A DNA stretch of 64,000 nt from an uncultured Clostridia bacterium. Lineage in GTDB: Bacteria; Bacillota; Clostridia; TANB77; CAG-508. The notes under the pieces were generated by a model. It was not told the origin of the DNA. It saw only the letters and a list, made by a program, of their open reading frames with translations, and searched no databases. Within the stretch, counting starts at the first letter, position 1; each line of letters starts with the position of its first letter. Location: the NCBI GenBank assembly GCA_947588885.1, contig CANQAH010000001.1, forward strand, positions 6,114 through 70,113, read 5' to 3'. This document shows, one piece after another, positions 21,444 through 30,852 of this stretch. The translations under genes and the position numbers were made by a program.

Positions 21444-22499
21444 ATGGAGGAAAATACTAAAATTGCTTCAAAACATGAGAGTAGCAATTTATTAACTAAA
21501 ATTGCTCTTGTGTTGATTTTACTTTTAATAGTGTTAAATGTATTGAGATATGCAGCATATTTTGAAAAAGATGTAGATGGAAATGTTCAAATTTCAATTC
21601 AAAACGATACTAATGTTGAATTGGAACATGATGTTTATATAGACGAAAATAATGTTATTTTTCTATCAGAAGATGATATGAAAAATTATTTTGATAAAGA
21701 CTTATACTATGAAAACATTGAAAACAACAAAAGAAAATATATTTCAGTTTTTGAAAACAAGATATTAGAAATTAATGAAGATGAGAATAACATGTTTATT
21801 AATGATGAAAGATATAAAATAAAAGCTGCTGTTATAAATAGAGATGGAATTTATTATTTTCCAATATCTGAGTTAAAAAATGTCTATAATTTAAATATAA
21901 ATTTTTCTAGTGATATGAAAAGAATCAATATTGAAAAACTTTCAGATAAAAAAGTTGTTGCTACGATAAATAAAGAAACAAAAGTCAAATATAAGATGAC
22001 AGATATTTCAAAGAATGTAACTACATTAGAAAAAGATACGCAAGTAGAAATAGTTGGAAAAATGGATAAATCCTGGACTAAAATTAAGACTCCAGACTGT
22101 TATGTTGGATATGTAAAATCATCAAAATTAGAAAATGAAAATGTTGAAAGACAAGAATATAAAGAAAATGATTATAGCAGATTTGATGTAAATAATGCGA
22201 CAATAATAGAAATAAATGGAGAAAAAGATCCAGAAATTAATGAAAAAATTTCAGGGTATGATTCAAGAAAAGCAAAAGTAAAAGAAATTTTGCAAGAAGC
22301 AGCAAATGAAGTAGTTCAATTAAAAGGAAAAAGTATAGGAGTTAAGATAGATATAACTTCAGAAAAACCAGAAGACTATTATAGGTTTTTAAAAGAATTA
22401 AAAGCTTATTTAAATAATATGAATGTTTGTTTACTTGTAGTGGATAGAAATGTTATAGATAAAAATGAATTGACAGAAATTTGTAATATTGTATTGTAG
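21444..22499 (+). CDS. Membrane-anchored hypothetical protein with an SH3b-like segment
   Basis: TM helix near the N-terminus. KSWTKIKTPDCYVGYVKSSKL is SH3b-like. The rest was not recognised. Confidence 0.4.
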   Translation: MEENTKIASKHESSNLLTKIALVLILLLIVLNVLRYAAYFEKDVDGNVQISIQNDTNVELEHDVYIDENNVIFLSEDDMKNYFDKDLYYENIENNKRKYISVFENKILEINEDENNMFINDERYKIKAAVINRDGIYYFPISELKNVYNLNINFSSDMKRINIEKLSDKKVVATINKETKVKYKMTDISKNVTTLEKDTQVEIVGKMDKSWTKIKTPDCYVGYVKSSKLENENVERQEYKENDYSRFDVNNATIIEINGEKDPEINEKISGYDSRKAKVKEILQEAANEVVQLKGKSIGVKIDITSEKPEDYYRFLKELKAYLNNMNVCLLVVDRNVIDKNELTEICNIVL

Positions 22500-22515
22500 A
22501 AGGGATTTTGCAAAA

Positions 22516-23610
22516 ATGAAAAAAGAAAAAGGGTTTTCACTAATAAGATTTATATTGATGATATTTTTACTTATAATTATTTTTGGATTTGTAGGAGGAT
22601 TTGTATGGTATAGTTCTGCTATAAAACCATTACAAACTAATAGTGAAAAAGTTGTAGTAGATATTAAAAGTGGAAGCGGAATATCAGGTATAGCAGATTT
22701 ACTAGAAGCAAATAATGTAATAAAAGATGCAACTGCATTTAAAATATATTGTAAATTGAATGATGCTACATCAATGCAAGCTGGAAAATATGAATTAGAT
22801 AAAAATATGTCTGTAGAGCAGATTGTAACTGAATTAAAAAATGGAAATGTTGTTGATGAAACAGTAAAAATAACTTTTATCGAAGGAAAAAACATGAGAT
22901 GGATAGCTTCTACAATTGCATCAGCTACAGATAATACAGAAGAAGATGTTTTTAATTTATTACAAGACGAAGAATATATTAATTCAGTGATTGAAAAATA
23001 TTGGTTTGTTACAGATGATATAAAAAATAGTGAAATTTATTATCCTTTAGAAGGATATTTGTTTCCAGACACATATATTTTATCTGATAAATCAGAAAGT
23101 GTTGAAACAATTTTTGGAAAAATGCTTGATAGAATGGAAGAGGTTTTAGAACCATTGCAGAGAGATATACAAAATAGTGATTATTCGATTCATGAAATTT
23201 TGTCTTTTGCATCAGTTGTTGAACTTGAGGCTGGAAAAGATAATAGAGCTGAAGTTGCAGGCGTTTTTTATAATAGATTAAATAGAAATATGGGTATGCA
23301 AAGTGATGTAACAACATATTATGCACTTAAACTAGATTTAGATGAAAGAGAATTAACTAGAAGAGAAATTGCAAGTGAAAATCCATATAACACAAGTTGC
23401 TCATCAATGGCTGGAAAATTACCAATTGGGCCTATAGCAATGGTGGATAGAACATCAATTAATGCAGTGTTGCATCCTAAAGAGACAGATGCATTATTCT
23501 TTGTTGCAGATAAAGATGGTAACATATATTTCTCTAGAACAAATGAAGAACATGAACAAATTGTACAAGAGCTTAAAGATAGAGGTTTATGGTACACATA
23601 TGATGAATAA
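22516..23610 (+). CDS. mltG: Endolytic murein transglycosylase MltG (YceG-like)
   Basis: N-terminal TM helix. LEGYLFPDTY, VASIVE-like SVVELEAG and YNTSCSSMAGKLPIGPI motifs. ATG at 22516. Confidence 0.85.
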   Translation: MKKEKGFSLIRFILMIFLLIIIFGFVGGFVWYSSAIKPLQTNSEKVVVDIKSGSGISGIADLLEANNVIKDATAFKIYCKLNDATSMQAGKYELDKNMSVEQIVTELKNGNVVDETVKITFIEGKNMRWIASTIASATDNTEEDVFNLLQDEEYINSVIEKYWFVTDDIKNSEIYYPLEGYLFPDTYILSDKSESVETIFGKMLDRMEEVLEPLQRDIQNSDYSIHEILSFASVVELEAGKDNRAEVAGVFYNRLNRNMGMQSDVTTYYALKLDLDERELTRREIASENPYNTSCSSMAGKLPIGPIAMVDRTSINAVLHPKETDALFFVADKDGNIYFSRTNEEHEQIVQELKDRGLWYTYDE

Positions 23611-23613
23611 AAC

Positions 23614-23642
23614 TTGACAAATATGGAAAAACTGTTTAAAAT
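23614..23642 (+). promoter_or_regulatory. Promoter of the aspS2 T-box leader
   Basis: TTGACA-N17-TAAAAT. Confidence 0.6.
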
Positions 23643-23662
23643 AAATATATTATTGTGAAATA

Positions 23663-23866
23663 TTCGAGCGATGAAAATGCAAAGTAATTGTGACAGAAAA
23701 TCTAGAAGAGAAGAATTACCATAGGCTGAGAGTAATTCAGATTGAAACAATTATGAAACACATTGGAGCTAGTTTTTAAAGTGGGATTTTATCCAATTTG
23801 GGTGGTACCGCGGAAGTAGTTAGTTGAGAGCTTTCGTCCCTTTAGGGCGATGGCTCTTTTGTTTTA
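23663..23866 (+). promoter_or_regulatory. T-box riboswitch leader with apparent AAC (Asn) specifier
   Basis: T-box sequence aatttGGGTGGTACCGCGg at 23795-23813. Terminator gagagc...gctctttt at 23826-23866. Stem I 3-prime side ...atgaAACAcattggagc aligns with ...ggatGGAActttggagc of the Gly T-box at 40.8 kb. Confidence 0.8.
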
Positions 23867-23871
23867 CGTGG

Positions 23872-24285
23872 TTGAAAAAATAATCATCATTCTACGTCGT
23901 TAAATTGCAATCAAAAATCCTCAACGTACTTGTGTACGCCTCCGGTATTTTGATTACAATTTGCCTAGTACAATAATAATTATTTTTTCAACGGCGAAAG
24001 AGTTGAAGAAATGATTTTTTTTCCGACAAGACTAAGCTTGAAAATAATCATCATTCTAGGTTGCTAAATTATAATTAAAATTCTCAACGTACTTGTGTAC
24101 GCTTCCGGTATTTTGATTGTAATTTGCCTAGTATATTAATGATTCTTTTTCCAACTAGTGGGCTTGAAAAAATAATCATCATTCTACGTCGTTAAATTAC
24201 AATCAAAAATCCTCAACGTACTTGTGTACGCTTCCGGTATTTTGATTGCAATTTGCCTAGTATAATAATAATTCTTTTTTCAAGC
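23872..24285 (+). repeat. Family A long-hairpin tandem array (3 units, spacing 166 and 126 bp) lying between the T-box terminator and the aspS2 start
   Basis: Units start with ttgaaaaaataatcatcattcta at 23872, 24038 and 24164. Each has an inner stem aaattgcaatcaaaaat / attttgattgcaattt around the core cctcaacgtacttgtgtacgc(c/t)tccggt, followed by tttgcctagta. Confidence 0.9.
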
Positions 24286-24346
24286 ATGAATTGAGAAGAA
24301 GTAATATTACGTATAAATTATTTTATAACGCAGAAAGGAGAAAAAA

Positions 24347-26101
24347 ATGTATAGAACTTATACTTGTAATGAAATAAGAGAAAAAAATGTTGGTGAGCAT
24401 ATTAAACTTGCTGGATGGGTCCAAACAATAAGAGATTTAGGAGGAGTTCTTTTTGTTGATTTAAGAGATCAATATGGAATTACTCAAGTTGTTGCTTCAG
24501 GAAATGAAGAACTAGTTGATAAAATATCAAGAATTCCTGTTGAATCTACAATTTCTGTTGAAGGAACTGTAAGATTAAGAGATCAAGAAACTGTAAATGA
24601 AAAACTTGATACTGGTTTAGTTGAATTATTTGTCGAAAAAGTTGAAATATTAGGAAAAAGAACAAAACCATTACCTTTTGAAATAGAATCAAGTAGAGAT
24701 GTTAGAGAAGATTTAAGATTGCAATATAGATTTCTAGATTTAAGAAATGAGAAACTAAAAAATAATTTAATCTTAAGATCAAAAGTTATCCAATTTATGA
24801 GAGAACAAATGGTAAAAAAAGACTTTTTAGAAGTTCAAACACCTATACTTACAAGTTCATCTCCAGAGGGAGCTAGAGATTATTTAGTGCCAAGTAGAAT
24901 TTATCCAGGAAAATTTTATGCACTTCCACAAGCACCACAACAATTTAAACAATTGCTAATGGTTTCTGGAATAGATAAATATTTCCAAATAGCACCTTGC
25001 TTTAGAGATGAAGATGCAAGAGCTGATAGAACACCTGGAGAATTTTATCAGTTAGATATGGAAATGTCTTTTGCAACACAAGATGATGTTTTATCAGTTA
25101 TGGAAGAAGTAATTTATAATGTATTCAAAAAATTTTCAAATAAAAAAATTGCAAAATATCCATTTCCTAGGATACCATATAAAGAATCAATGCTTAAATA
25201 CGGCACAGATAAACCAGATTTAAGAAATCCATTAGTTATTTGTGATGTTACTGATATATTTGAAAAAGTTGATTTAAAAGTATTTAATGGAAAGCAAGTA
25301 AGAATTATATCTGTTCCAAATGGAGCAAGTGCATCAAGAACCTTATTTGAAGGAATGACAGATTTTGCAATTAATGAATGTAAAGCAAAGGGATTAGCTT
25401 GGCTTAAAGTAAATGAAGATAGAACGCTGCAAGGACCAATAGCAAAATTTATTGATGATGAGTCTAGAGAGGCAATGTTAAAAAAGGCAGGAACAAATGC
25501 AGGTGATGCAATATTTTTTGTTGCAGAACATGAACCAATAGCTTCTAAACTTGCAGGACAGATAAGAGAAGAACTTGGAAAAAGAATGGAATTAATTGAT
25601 GATTCAACTTATCAATTTTGCTGGATAGTTGATTTTCCAATGTTTGAAAGAGCAGATAATGGAAAAATAGAATTTTCACATAATCCATTTTCAATGCCAC
25701 AAGGTGGAATGGAAGCTTTAGAAAATGAAGAACCTTTAGACATTTTAGCATATCAATATGATATTGTTGGAAATGGTATAGAACTTGCATCAGGTGCAGT
25801 AAGGAACCATTCACCAGAGATAATGATTAAAGCATTTGAAATTGCTGGATATCAAGAAGATGAAATATATAAAAAGTTTTCAGCACTTTATAATGCATTC
25901 CATTATGGTGCACCACCACATGCTGGTATTGCACCAGGTATTGATAGAATTATAATGCTTCTTGCAGAGGAAGAAACAATTAGAGAAGTTCAAGCATTCC
26001 CAATGAATGCAAAGGCTCAAGATGTGTTAATGGGAGCACCATCAAATGTTTCTCAAAAGCAGTTAGATGAAATTCATATAAAAATAGATGAGAAAAAATA
26101 A
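24347..26101 (+). CDS. aspS: Aspartate--tRNA ligase, paralog 2 (T-box controlled; candidate non-discriminating enzyme)
   Basis: 584 aa, collinear with paralog 1 and by eye roughly 60% identical to it. Motifs FRDEDARADRTPGEFYQLD and GIAPGIDR. RBS AAGGAG. Confidence 0.93.
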   Translation: MYRTYTCNEIREKNVGEHIKLAGWVQTIRDLGGVLFVDLRDQYGITQVVASGNEELVDKISRIPVESTISVEGTVRLRDQETVNEKLDTGLVELFVEKVEILGKRTKPLPFEIESSRDVREDLRLQYRFLDLRNEKLKNNLILRSKVIQFMREQMVKKDFLEVQTPILTSSSPEGARDYLVPSRIYPGKFYALPQAPQQFKQLLMVSGIDKYFQIAPCFRDEDARADRTPGEFYQLDMEMSFATQDDVLSVMEEVIYNVFKKFSNKKIAKYPFPRIPYKESMLKYGTDKPDLRNPLVICDVTDIFEKVDLKVFNGKQVRIISVPNGASASRTLFEGMTDFAINECKAKGLAWLKVNEDRTLQGPIAKFIDDESREAMLKKAGTNAGDAIFFVAEHEPIASKLAGQIREELGKRMELIDDSTYQFCWIVDFPMFERADNGKIEFSHNPFSMPQGGMEALENEEPLDILAYQYDIVGNGIELASGAVRNHSPEIMIKAFEIAGYQEDEIYKKFSALYNAFHYGAPPHAGIAPGIDRIIMLLAEEETIREVQAFPMNAKAQDVLMGAPSNVSQKQLDEIHIKIDEKK

Positions 26102-26146
26102 GAATAATTGAAAATCATTTTCATATTTTTAATGAAGGTGATTTTG

Positions 26147-27094
26147 ATGAATGAAAATATATTATATGTTGATTATTTAGAATCATACAAAGAAGTTATA
26201 AAAGTAAAATTTCCAAACATATTAAAAAAGATTATATACAAAATATTTAATTTTTTTGGAGTTGCAAAAATAGATAATAATTACTTAGTTTTGATGAGTA
26301 CATGTGAAGATATAAATGATAAAATGCTAGCTAAAGTCTGTAAAACAGCACAACAACTAAAATTGAAGAATATAGCTTTGGCGGATAAGCTAAAAAATAA
26401 TTCTCTTATACAAGAAAAATTATTAAAATGTGATTTTATATTTTTAGATGGCACAAAAATATATAAATTTTTAACATATGAAATAGTTAATAAAATTGCA
26501 TATATTCAAAATTTGAGAATGCAGAGTATGGAAATTACTTTTTTGACTAATAATAATTCAGATGTAAATTTGGAGAATATAAAATTACTAGCTCAAAGAT
26601 GTAAAATTATTAATATTTTAACAGAAAAAGTGGAATTGTTTTCAAGTTTAGAAAAGCAGTTATATGAAGAGAATGGAATTATAATTAATGTTTCAAGTAA
26701 TAAAAGAAAAACTTGTATGTATTCTGATATTATTTTAAATGTCGATTTTGATAATAAGATTTTAGAAAAATGTAAATTGAGAGAAAAAACAATTATAGTT
26801 CAATTTACTAAATCAAAATTTGAAAACAAGACAGGAGTTACTATTACATCGTATAAATTGAATATTCCTGAAAAATATTGTAAAAATAAAGAATTAGTAA
26901 AACACTTTTCAAATGAAATAATTTATGAAAGTTATTTTTATTATAAATTATCTTTTAAAAATGTTAGAAAAATTTTAAAAAAGGATAATATTAGTGTTAA
27001 GCATTTTATAGGAAATAATGGAAAAATTAGTTTTAAAGAAATAAAAGAAAATCATTTTAAAAAGAGTGCAAAAATACTTGACAAAATTAAATAA
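26147..27094 (+). CDS. Hypothetical protein (K/N/I-rich, no recognised domain)
   Basis: ATG at 26147 preceded by GAAGGTG. Long uninterrupted ORF in an AT-rich background. Confidence 0.4.
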   Translation: MNENILYVDYLESYKEVIKVKFPNILKKIIYKIFNFFGVAKIDNNYLVLMSTCEDINDKMLAKVCKTAQQLKLKNIALADKLKNNSLIQEKLLKCDFIFLDGTKIYKFLTYEIVNKIAYIQNLRMQSMEITFLTNNNSDVNLENIKLLAQRCKIINILTEKVELFSSLEKQLYEENGIIINVSSNKRKTCMYSDIILNVDFDNKILEKCKLREKTIIVQFTKSKFENKTGVTITSYKLNIPEKYCKNKELVKHFSNEIIYESYFYYKLSFKNVRKILKKDNISVKHFIGNNGKISFKEIKENHFKKSAKILDKIK

Positions 27095-27178
27095 AAATAC
27101 TATTATATTTGCGTTACTAAAAGATAGTAGTATTTTTAAAATCTAATAAAAATTTTACTCTAGAAAGGGATGAGTGTT

Positions 27179-27658
27179 ATGGAGGAAAATAAAGAAATAC
27201 TATTGACACAAGAAGGGTATGATAACCTAGAAAAAGAGTTAGAATATTTAAAAACAGAAAAAAGAACAGAGATTGCAGAGAGAATTAAGGTTGCTTTAGG
27301 ATTTGGAGATTTATCAGAGAACTCTGAATATGATGAGGCAAAAAGTGCACAGGCAGCTAATGAAAATAAAATAGCAGAATTAGAAAATAAAATTAGATTT
27401 GCCAGAATTATTGATGAATCAGAAATTGATACTAAAACAGTACAAGTTGGAAATATTGTTACTATTCATGATGAAGAATTCGATGAAGATTTAGTATATA
27501 CAATAGTTGGATCAACTGAGGTTGATTTAGCTCAGAATAAAATTTCAAATGAATCTCCAATGGGAATAGCTTTATTAGGAGCAAAGAAAGGGCAAATTGT
27601 TGAGGTTGAGGCACCAGATGGGGTTATGAGATATAAAATTTTAGCTATTAAAAAATAA
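27179..27658 (+). CDS. greA: Transcription elongation factor GreA
   Basis: LTQEGYDNLEKELEYLK...SENSEYDEAK coiled coil plus a C-terminal FKBP-like domain ISNESPMGIALLG. The ATG at 27179 has better RBS spacing than the one at 27170. Confidence 0.9.
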   Translation: MEENKEILLTQEGYDNLEKELEYLKTEKRTEIAERIKVALGFGDLSENSEYDEAKSAQAANENKIAELENKIRFARIIDESEIDTKTVQVGNIVTIHDEEFDEDLVYTIVGSTEVDLAQNKISNESPMGIALLGAKKGQIVEVEAPDGVMRYKILAIKK

Positions 27659-27920
27659 TGTGTATTATAAAGAATTCAAATATTATTTATTTGGATTCTT
27701 TTTTTTACTCTGTCTTTTGCACATAATAAATATATTTTTTTTTCCTTGTGGTAACACTTCAAACAAGTTTTTATATTCTAAGAGTTACAAGCAATAAAAA
27801 AGAAGGAAATTTTAGGGTGATAAACTATAAATATTACACAAAGTAAGAATGATTTTTTTCTGACGCGAAGCGACCAAACGAAACGAAGTGTAGTGCGATT
27901 ACGAGCAACTCTTCAGACTA

Positions 27921-28083
27921 GCCTTTATATAATAGAAAAGTGCTACGCATTTTCTATTATATAAAGGCTTCGCTCAAATTGCACACAAATTTTTTAACAA
28001 AAATTTGGCGCATAGAACAAAAATGCGGACAATTTAGAATAATTTTTCCTTTTGCAGATTATATATTGTCCGCTTTTGTTCTT
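27921..28083 (+). repeat. Family B repeat, complete copy, nested inside a larger inverted repeat (27837-27860 / 28111-28133)
   Basis: M1 gcctttatataatagaaaagtgctacgcattttctattatataaaggc. M2 cacacaaattttttaacaaaaatttggcg. M3 gaacaaaaatgcggac...gtccgcttttgttc. Confidence 0.88.
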
Positions 28084-28299
28084 AATCTGAGAGTTGCGAC
28101 CCACAAGGAAGAAAAAAATATTCTTACTTTGTGTAAACATATATTATTAAAAAAATTATAATGAAAAATGCTTTGAAAAAATAGCGACAAAACTAGATAA
28201 ATCAATATTTGTAGACGCTATAAAAAACTATTGAAAGCTAAAAATATTTGTGATAGAATAACGTCGGTCGAATAAATTACAATAATATAGGAGGTAATT

Positions 28300-28992
28300 A
28301 TGATTTATACACAAGAACTAGAAAATATGTGCAAAGTAGCAAAAGGAGTTGATCATGGACCAGCACCAATACCAGAAGAAGGAAAATGGGTAAAAGCAAA
28401 AGATATAAAAGATATTTCAGGATTTACACATGGTATTGGATGGTGTGCACCACAACAAGGAGCTTGCAAACTTACACTTAATGTAAAAGATGGAATAATT
28501 CAAGAAGCATTAGTTGAAACAATTGGATGTTCAGGTATGACTCATTCAGCAGCTATGGCTGGAGAAATTTTAGTTGGAAAGACAATATTAGAAGCATTAA
28601 ATACAGACTTAGTTTGTGATGCTATTAACACTGCAATGAGAGAACTATTTTTACAAATTGTTTATGGTAGATCTCAATCTGCATTTTCTGAAGGAGGATT
28701 AGCAGTTGGAGCAGGACTTGAAGATCTTGGAAAAGGTCACACAAGTCAAGTAGGAACAATTTACTCTAGCTTAGAAAAAGGACCAAGATATTTAAATTTA
28801 GCAGAAGGATATATTGTTGAAATTGGATTAGATAAAGATGACCAAATTATAGGTTATAAATATGTTCATATGGGAAAAATGATGGATTCAATTAAAAAAG
28901 GTGTTGATCCAATGGAGGCTATCGAAAAAGCTTCAGGAACTTATGGAAGATTTGACGAAGCTGTTAAAAAGATAGACCCACGTAAACAATAA
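28300..28992 (+). CDS. IscU/NifU-N-like Fe-S scaffold-type protein (usual partner of the GGGtGRT protein)
   Basis: GWCAPQQGACKL...ETIGCSGMTHSAAM resembles the IscU cysteine pattern. AGGAGG RBS. Confidence 0.6.
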   Translation: MIYTQELENMCKVAKGVDHGPAPIPEEGKWVKAKDIKDISGFTHGIGWCAPQQGACKLTLNVKDGIIQEALVETIGCSGMTHSAAMAGEILVGKTILEALNTDLVCDAINTAMRELFLQIVYGRSQSAFSEGGLAVGAGLEDLGKGHTSQVGTIYSSLEKGPRYLNLAEGYIVEIGLDKDDQIIGYKYVHMGKMMDSIKKGVDPMEAIEKASGTYGRFDEAVKKIDPRKQ

Positions 28993-29026
28993 AAATAGAA
29001 GAATTTAATGAAAAGGAGAGATATAA

Positions 29027-30028
29027 ATGGCAGTTACATTTGAAAGTTATGAAAGAAGAATAGATCAAATTAAACCTGTAATGGAAAAGTATGGCATAAA
29101 AGATTTTGAAGACGCTTTAGAAATATGTAAATCAAAAGGATTTAACCCATATGATATGGTAAAAGGAGTACAACCAATATGCTTTGAAAATGCTTGCTGG
29201 GCATATACATTAGGTGCAGCAATAGCAGTTAAAAAAGGTTGTACAAAAGCTGCCGATGCAGCAAAAGCTATTGGAGAAGGATTACAAGCATTTTGTATTC
29301 CAGGTTCAGTTGCAGACGATAGAAAAGTTGGATTAGGACATGGAAACTTAGCTTCAATGCTATTATCAGAAGAAACTAAATGTTTTGCATTCTTAGCAGG
29401 ACATGAGTCTTTTGCAGCAGCAGAAGGAGCTATAGGAATTGCTAAATCAGCTAATAAAGTTAGAAAAGAACCATTGAGAGTTATATTAAATGGTTTAGGA
29501 AAAGATGCAGCACAAGTAATCTCTAGAATTAATGGATTTACATATGTAAAAACTGAATTTGATTTCTTTACAGGAAAAGTAAAAGTTGTTGAAGAAATTC
29601 CATATTCAGATGGAGAGAGATCAAAAGTTAGATGTTATGGTGCAAATGATGTTAGAGAAGGTGTTGCAATAATGTGGATGGAAGATGTTGATGTTTCTAT
29701 TACTGGAAATTCAACTAACCCTACAAGATTCCAACATCCTGTTGCAGGAACATATAAGAAAGAAAGAATTGAAGCAGGAAAGAAATACTTCTCTGTTGCT
29801 TCTGGTGGAGGAACAGGAAGAACATTACATCCAGACAATATGGCTGCTGGACCAGCTTCATATGGTATGACAGATACAATGGGAAGAATGCATTCAGATG
29901 CACAATTTGCAGGATCTTCATCAGTACCAGCTCATGTTGAAATGATGGGATTAATTGGAATGGGAAATAACCCTATGGTAGGTGCTACTGTTGCAGTTGC
30001 AGTTGCTGTAGAAGAAGCTATGAAATAA
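29027..30028 (+). CDS. GGGtGRT-family protein (function unknown)
   Basis: Contains the eponymous motif SGGGTGRTLHPDN. 333 aa. RBS AAGGAGAG. Confidence 0.8.
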   Translation: MAVTFESYERRIDQIKPVMEKYGIKDFEDALEICKSKGFNPYDMVKGVQPICFENACWAYTLGAAIAVKKGCTKAADAAKAIGEGLQAFCIPGSVADDRKVGLGHGNLASMLLSEETKCFAFLAGHESFAAAEGAIGIAKSANKVRKEPLRVILNGLGKDAAQVISRINGFTYVKTEFDFFTGKVKVVEEIPYSDGERSKVRCYGANDVREGVAIMWMEDVDVSITGNSTNPTRFQHPVAGTYKKERIEAGKKYFSVASGGGTGRTLHPDNMAAGPASYGMTDTMGRMHSDAQFAGSSSVPAHVEMMGLIGMGNNPMVGATVAVAVAVEEAMK

Positions 30029-30068
30029 TTTACAGATAGAAAGTAGAAGCATGTATGTGCTTCTATTT

Positions 30069-30225
30069 TTTTATATAAATAGGAAAGTTCTACGAATTTC
30101 TTATAATATAAAGACTTCGCCAAATTTGTACACAAATTTTTTAACAAAAATTTGGCACATAGAACAAAGACGCGGACAATTCAGGATATTTTTTTCTTTT
30201 GCTGATTATATATTGTCCGCTAATA
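30069..30225 (+). repeat. Family B repeat, complete copy
   Basis: tatataaataggaaagttctacgaatttcttataatataaag, then acacaaattttttaacaaaaatttggc, then gaacaaagacgcggac...gtccgc. Confidence 0.88.
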
Positions 30226-30281
30226 TTCACTGTAAATTAGCATTTATACTAATTTACAGTGAATATTTCTGTTAACATAAA

Positions 30282-30310
30282 TTGACTAATTTATATAAAA
30301 AGGGTATAAT
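30282..30310 (+). promoter_or_regulatory. Near-consensus sigma-A promoter of cassette A
   Basis: TTGACT-N17-TATAAT. The leader is ~89% identical over ~55 nt to the one at 31236-31290. Confidence 0.7.
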
Positions 30311-30342
30311 AGATAAACTACTATTTATAAGGAGGCAAAATT

Positions 30343-30801
30343 GTGGATAAATTTGGTTATTACCGGTATCGTCAAATGCTACAGCAATATGGCTTTGTAT
30401 GTTTCCCGACTAGAAAAGATTTGATCGAATTTTTTTCTATTCATGTATCGAATCTGTACCGGGATTGGATTAACAAGCAGGCATCGCGTGAAAGAGATAC
30501 TGAGCGCATACGCAAATGGGTTTCGCGGGAACTTTCTGAAGGAATTCTAGTAGAAGTGTATGTGAAAGAGTTCTTGGAACAGCATGTTGTACATCAAGAG
30601 GATGTACTGTATCGTATGTTGCCGAGGGTCATGAAAAGGATGCCTAACATGTTTAAGATGTACGTCGATCAGGAAAATAAGGAATTATATGAATTTGTCC
30701 TGAAGAGAATTGCCAAAGGCGATAATGCGGCAGATGTGTTTCCGGAAAATGTGAAATATCTTATCGAAGGAAATTGCAAGTTATCCGTAAGCACAACGTA
30801 A
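30343..30801 (+). CDS. Unknown-family 152-aa protein, paralog A of the GC-rich triplet
   Basis: GTG start 7 nt after AAGGAGG. 459 nt. Visibly higher GC with CCG/CGG/GCG codons. Shares YYRY, DLIEF, EFLE.HVVH..D.LYR, P.MFK, GD.AADVFP and IEG..KL with 31343..31801. Confidence 0.8.
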   Translation: MDKFGYYRYRQMLQQYGFVCFPTRKDLIEFFSIHVSNLYRDWINKQASRERDTERIRKWVSRELSEGILVEVYVKEFLEQHVVHQEDVLYRMLPRVMKRMPNMFKMYVDQENKELYEFVLKRIAKGDNAADVFPENVKYLIEGNCKLSVSTT

Positions 30802-30820
30802 TGCAGAATTTTCCACAAGA

Positions 30821-30852
30821 AAGAAACGTGTCATAGATGGCACGTTTCTTTT
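30821..30852 (+). terminator. Intrinsic terminator of cassette A
   Basis: gaaacgtgtc-atagatg-gcacgtttc followed by tttt. Confidence 0.75.

Noticed and set aside
23692-23694. GAC at 23692-23694 as an Asp specifier of the aspS2 T-box
   Set aside because: It lies on the 5-prime side of Stem I. By alignment with the Gly T-box in the same window, the specifier position (3-prime side, followed by a purine and the helix closing onto the kink-turn) holds AAC instead.
23872-24285. Family A tandem arrays as CRISPR arrays
   Set aside because: Nearly the whole ~125-bp unit is repeated. There are no unique spacers of constant length, the units are long hairpins rather than 25-40-nt repeats, and no cas genes are present.
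27940-28161. ORFs 27940..28161 and 30051..30275, which share the peptide FLTKIW(R/H)IEQ..GQFRI
   Set aside because: The shared peptide is simply the translation of family B repeat modules M2 and M3. There is no RBS, the frames are broken in other copies of the repeat, and the similarity is explained at the DNA level.
30342-30350. Single perfect DnaA box TGTGGATAA overlapping the start codon of paralog A
   Set aside because: One isolated occurrence is within chance expectation for a window of this size and composition.
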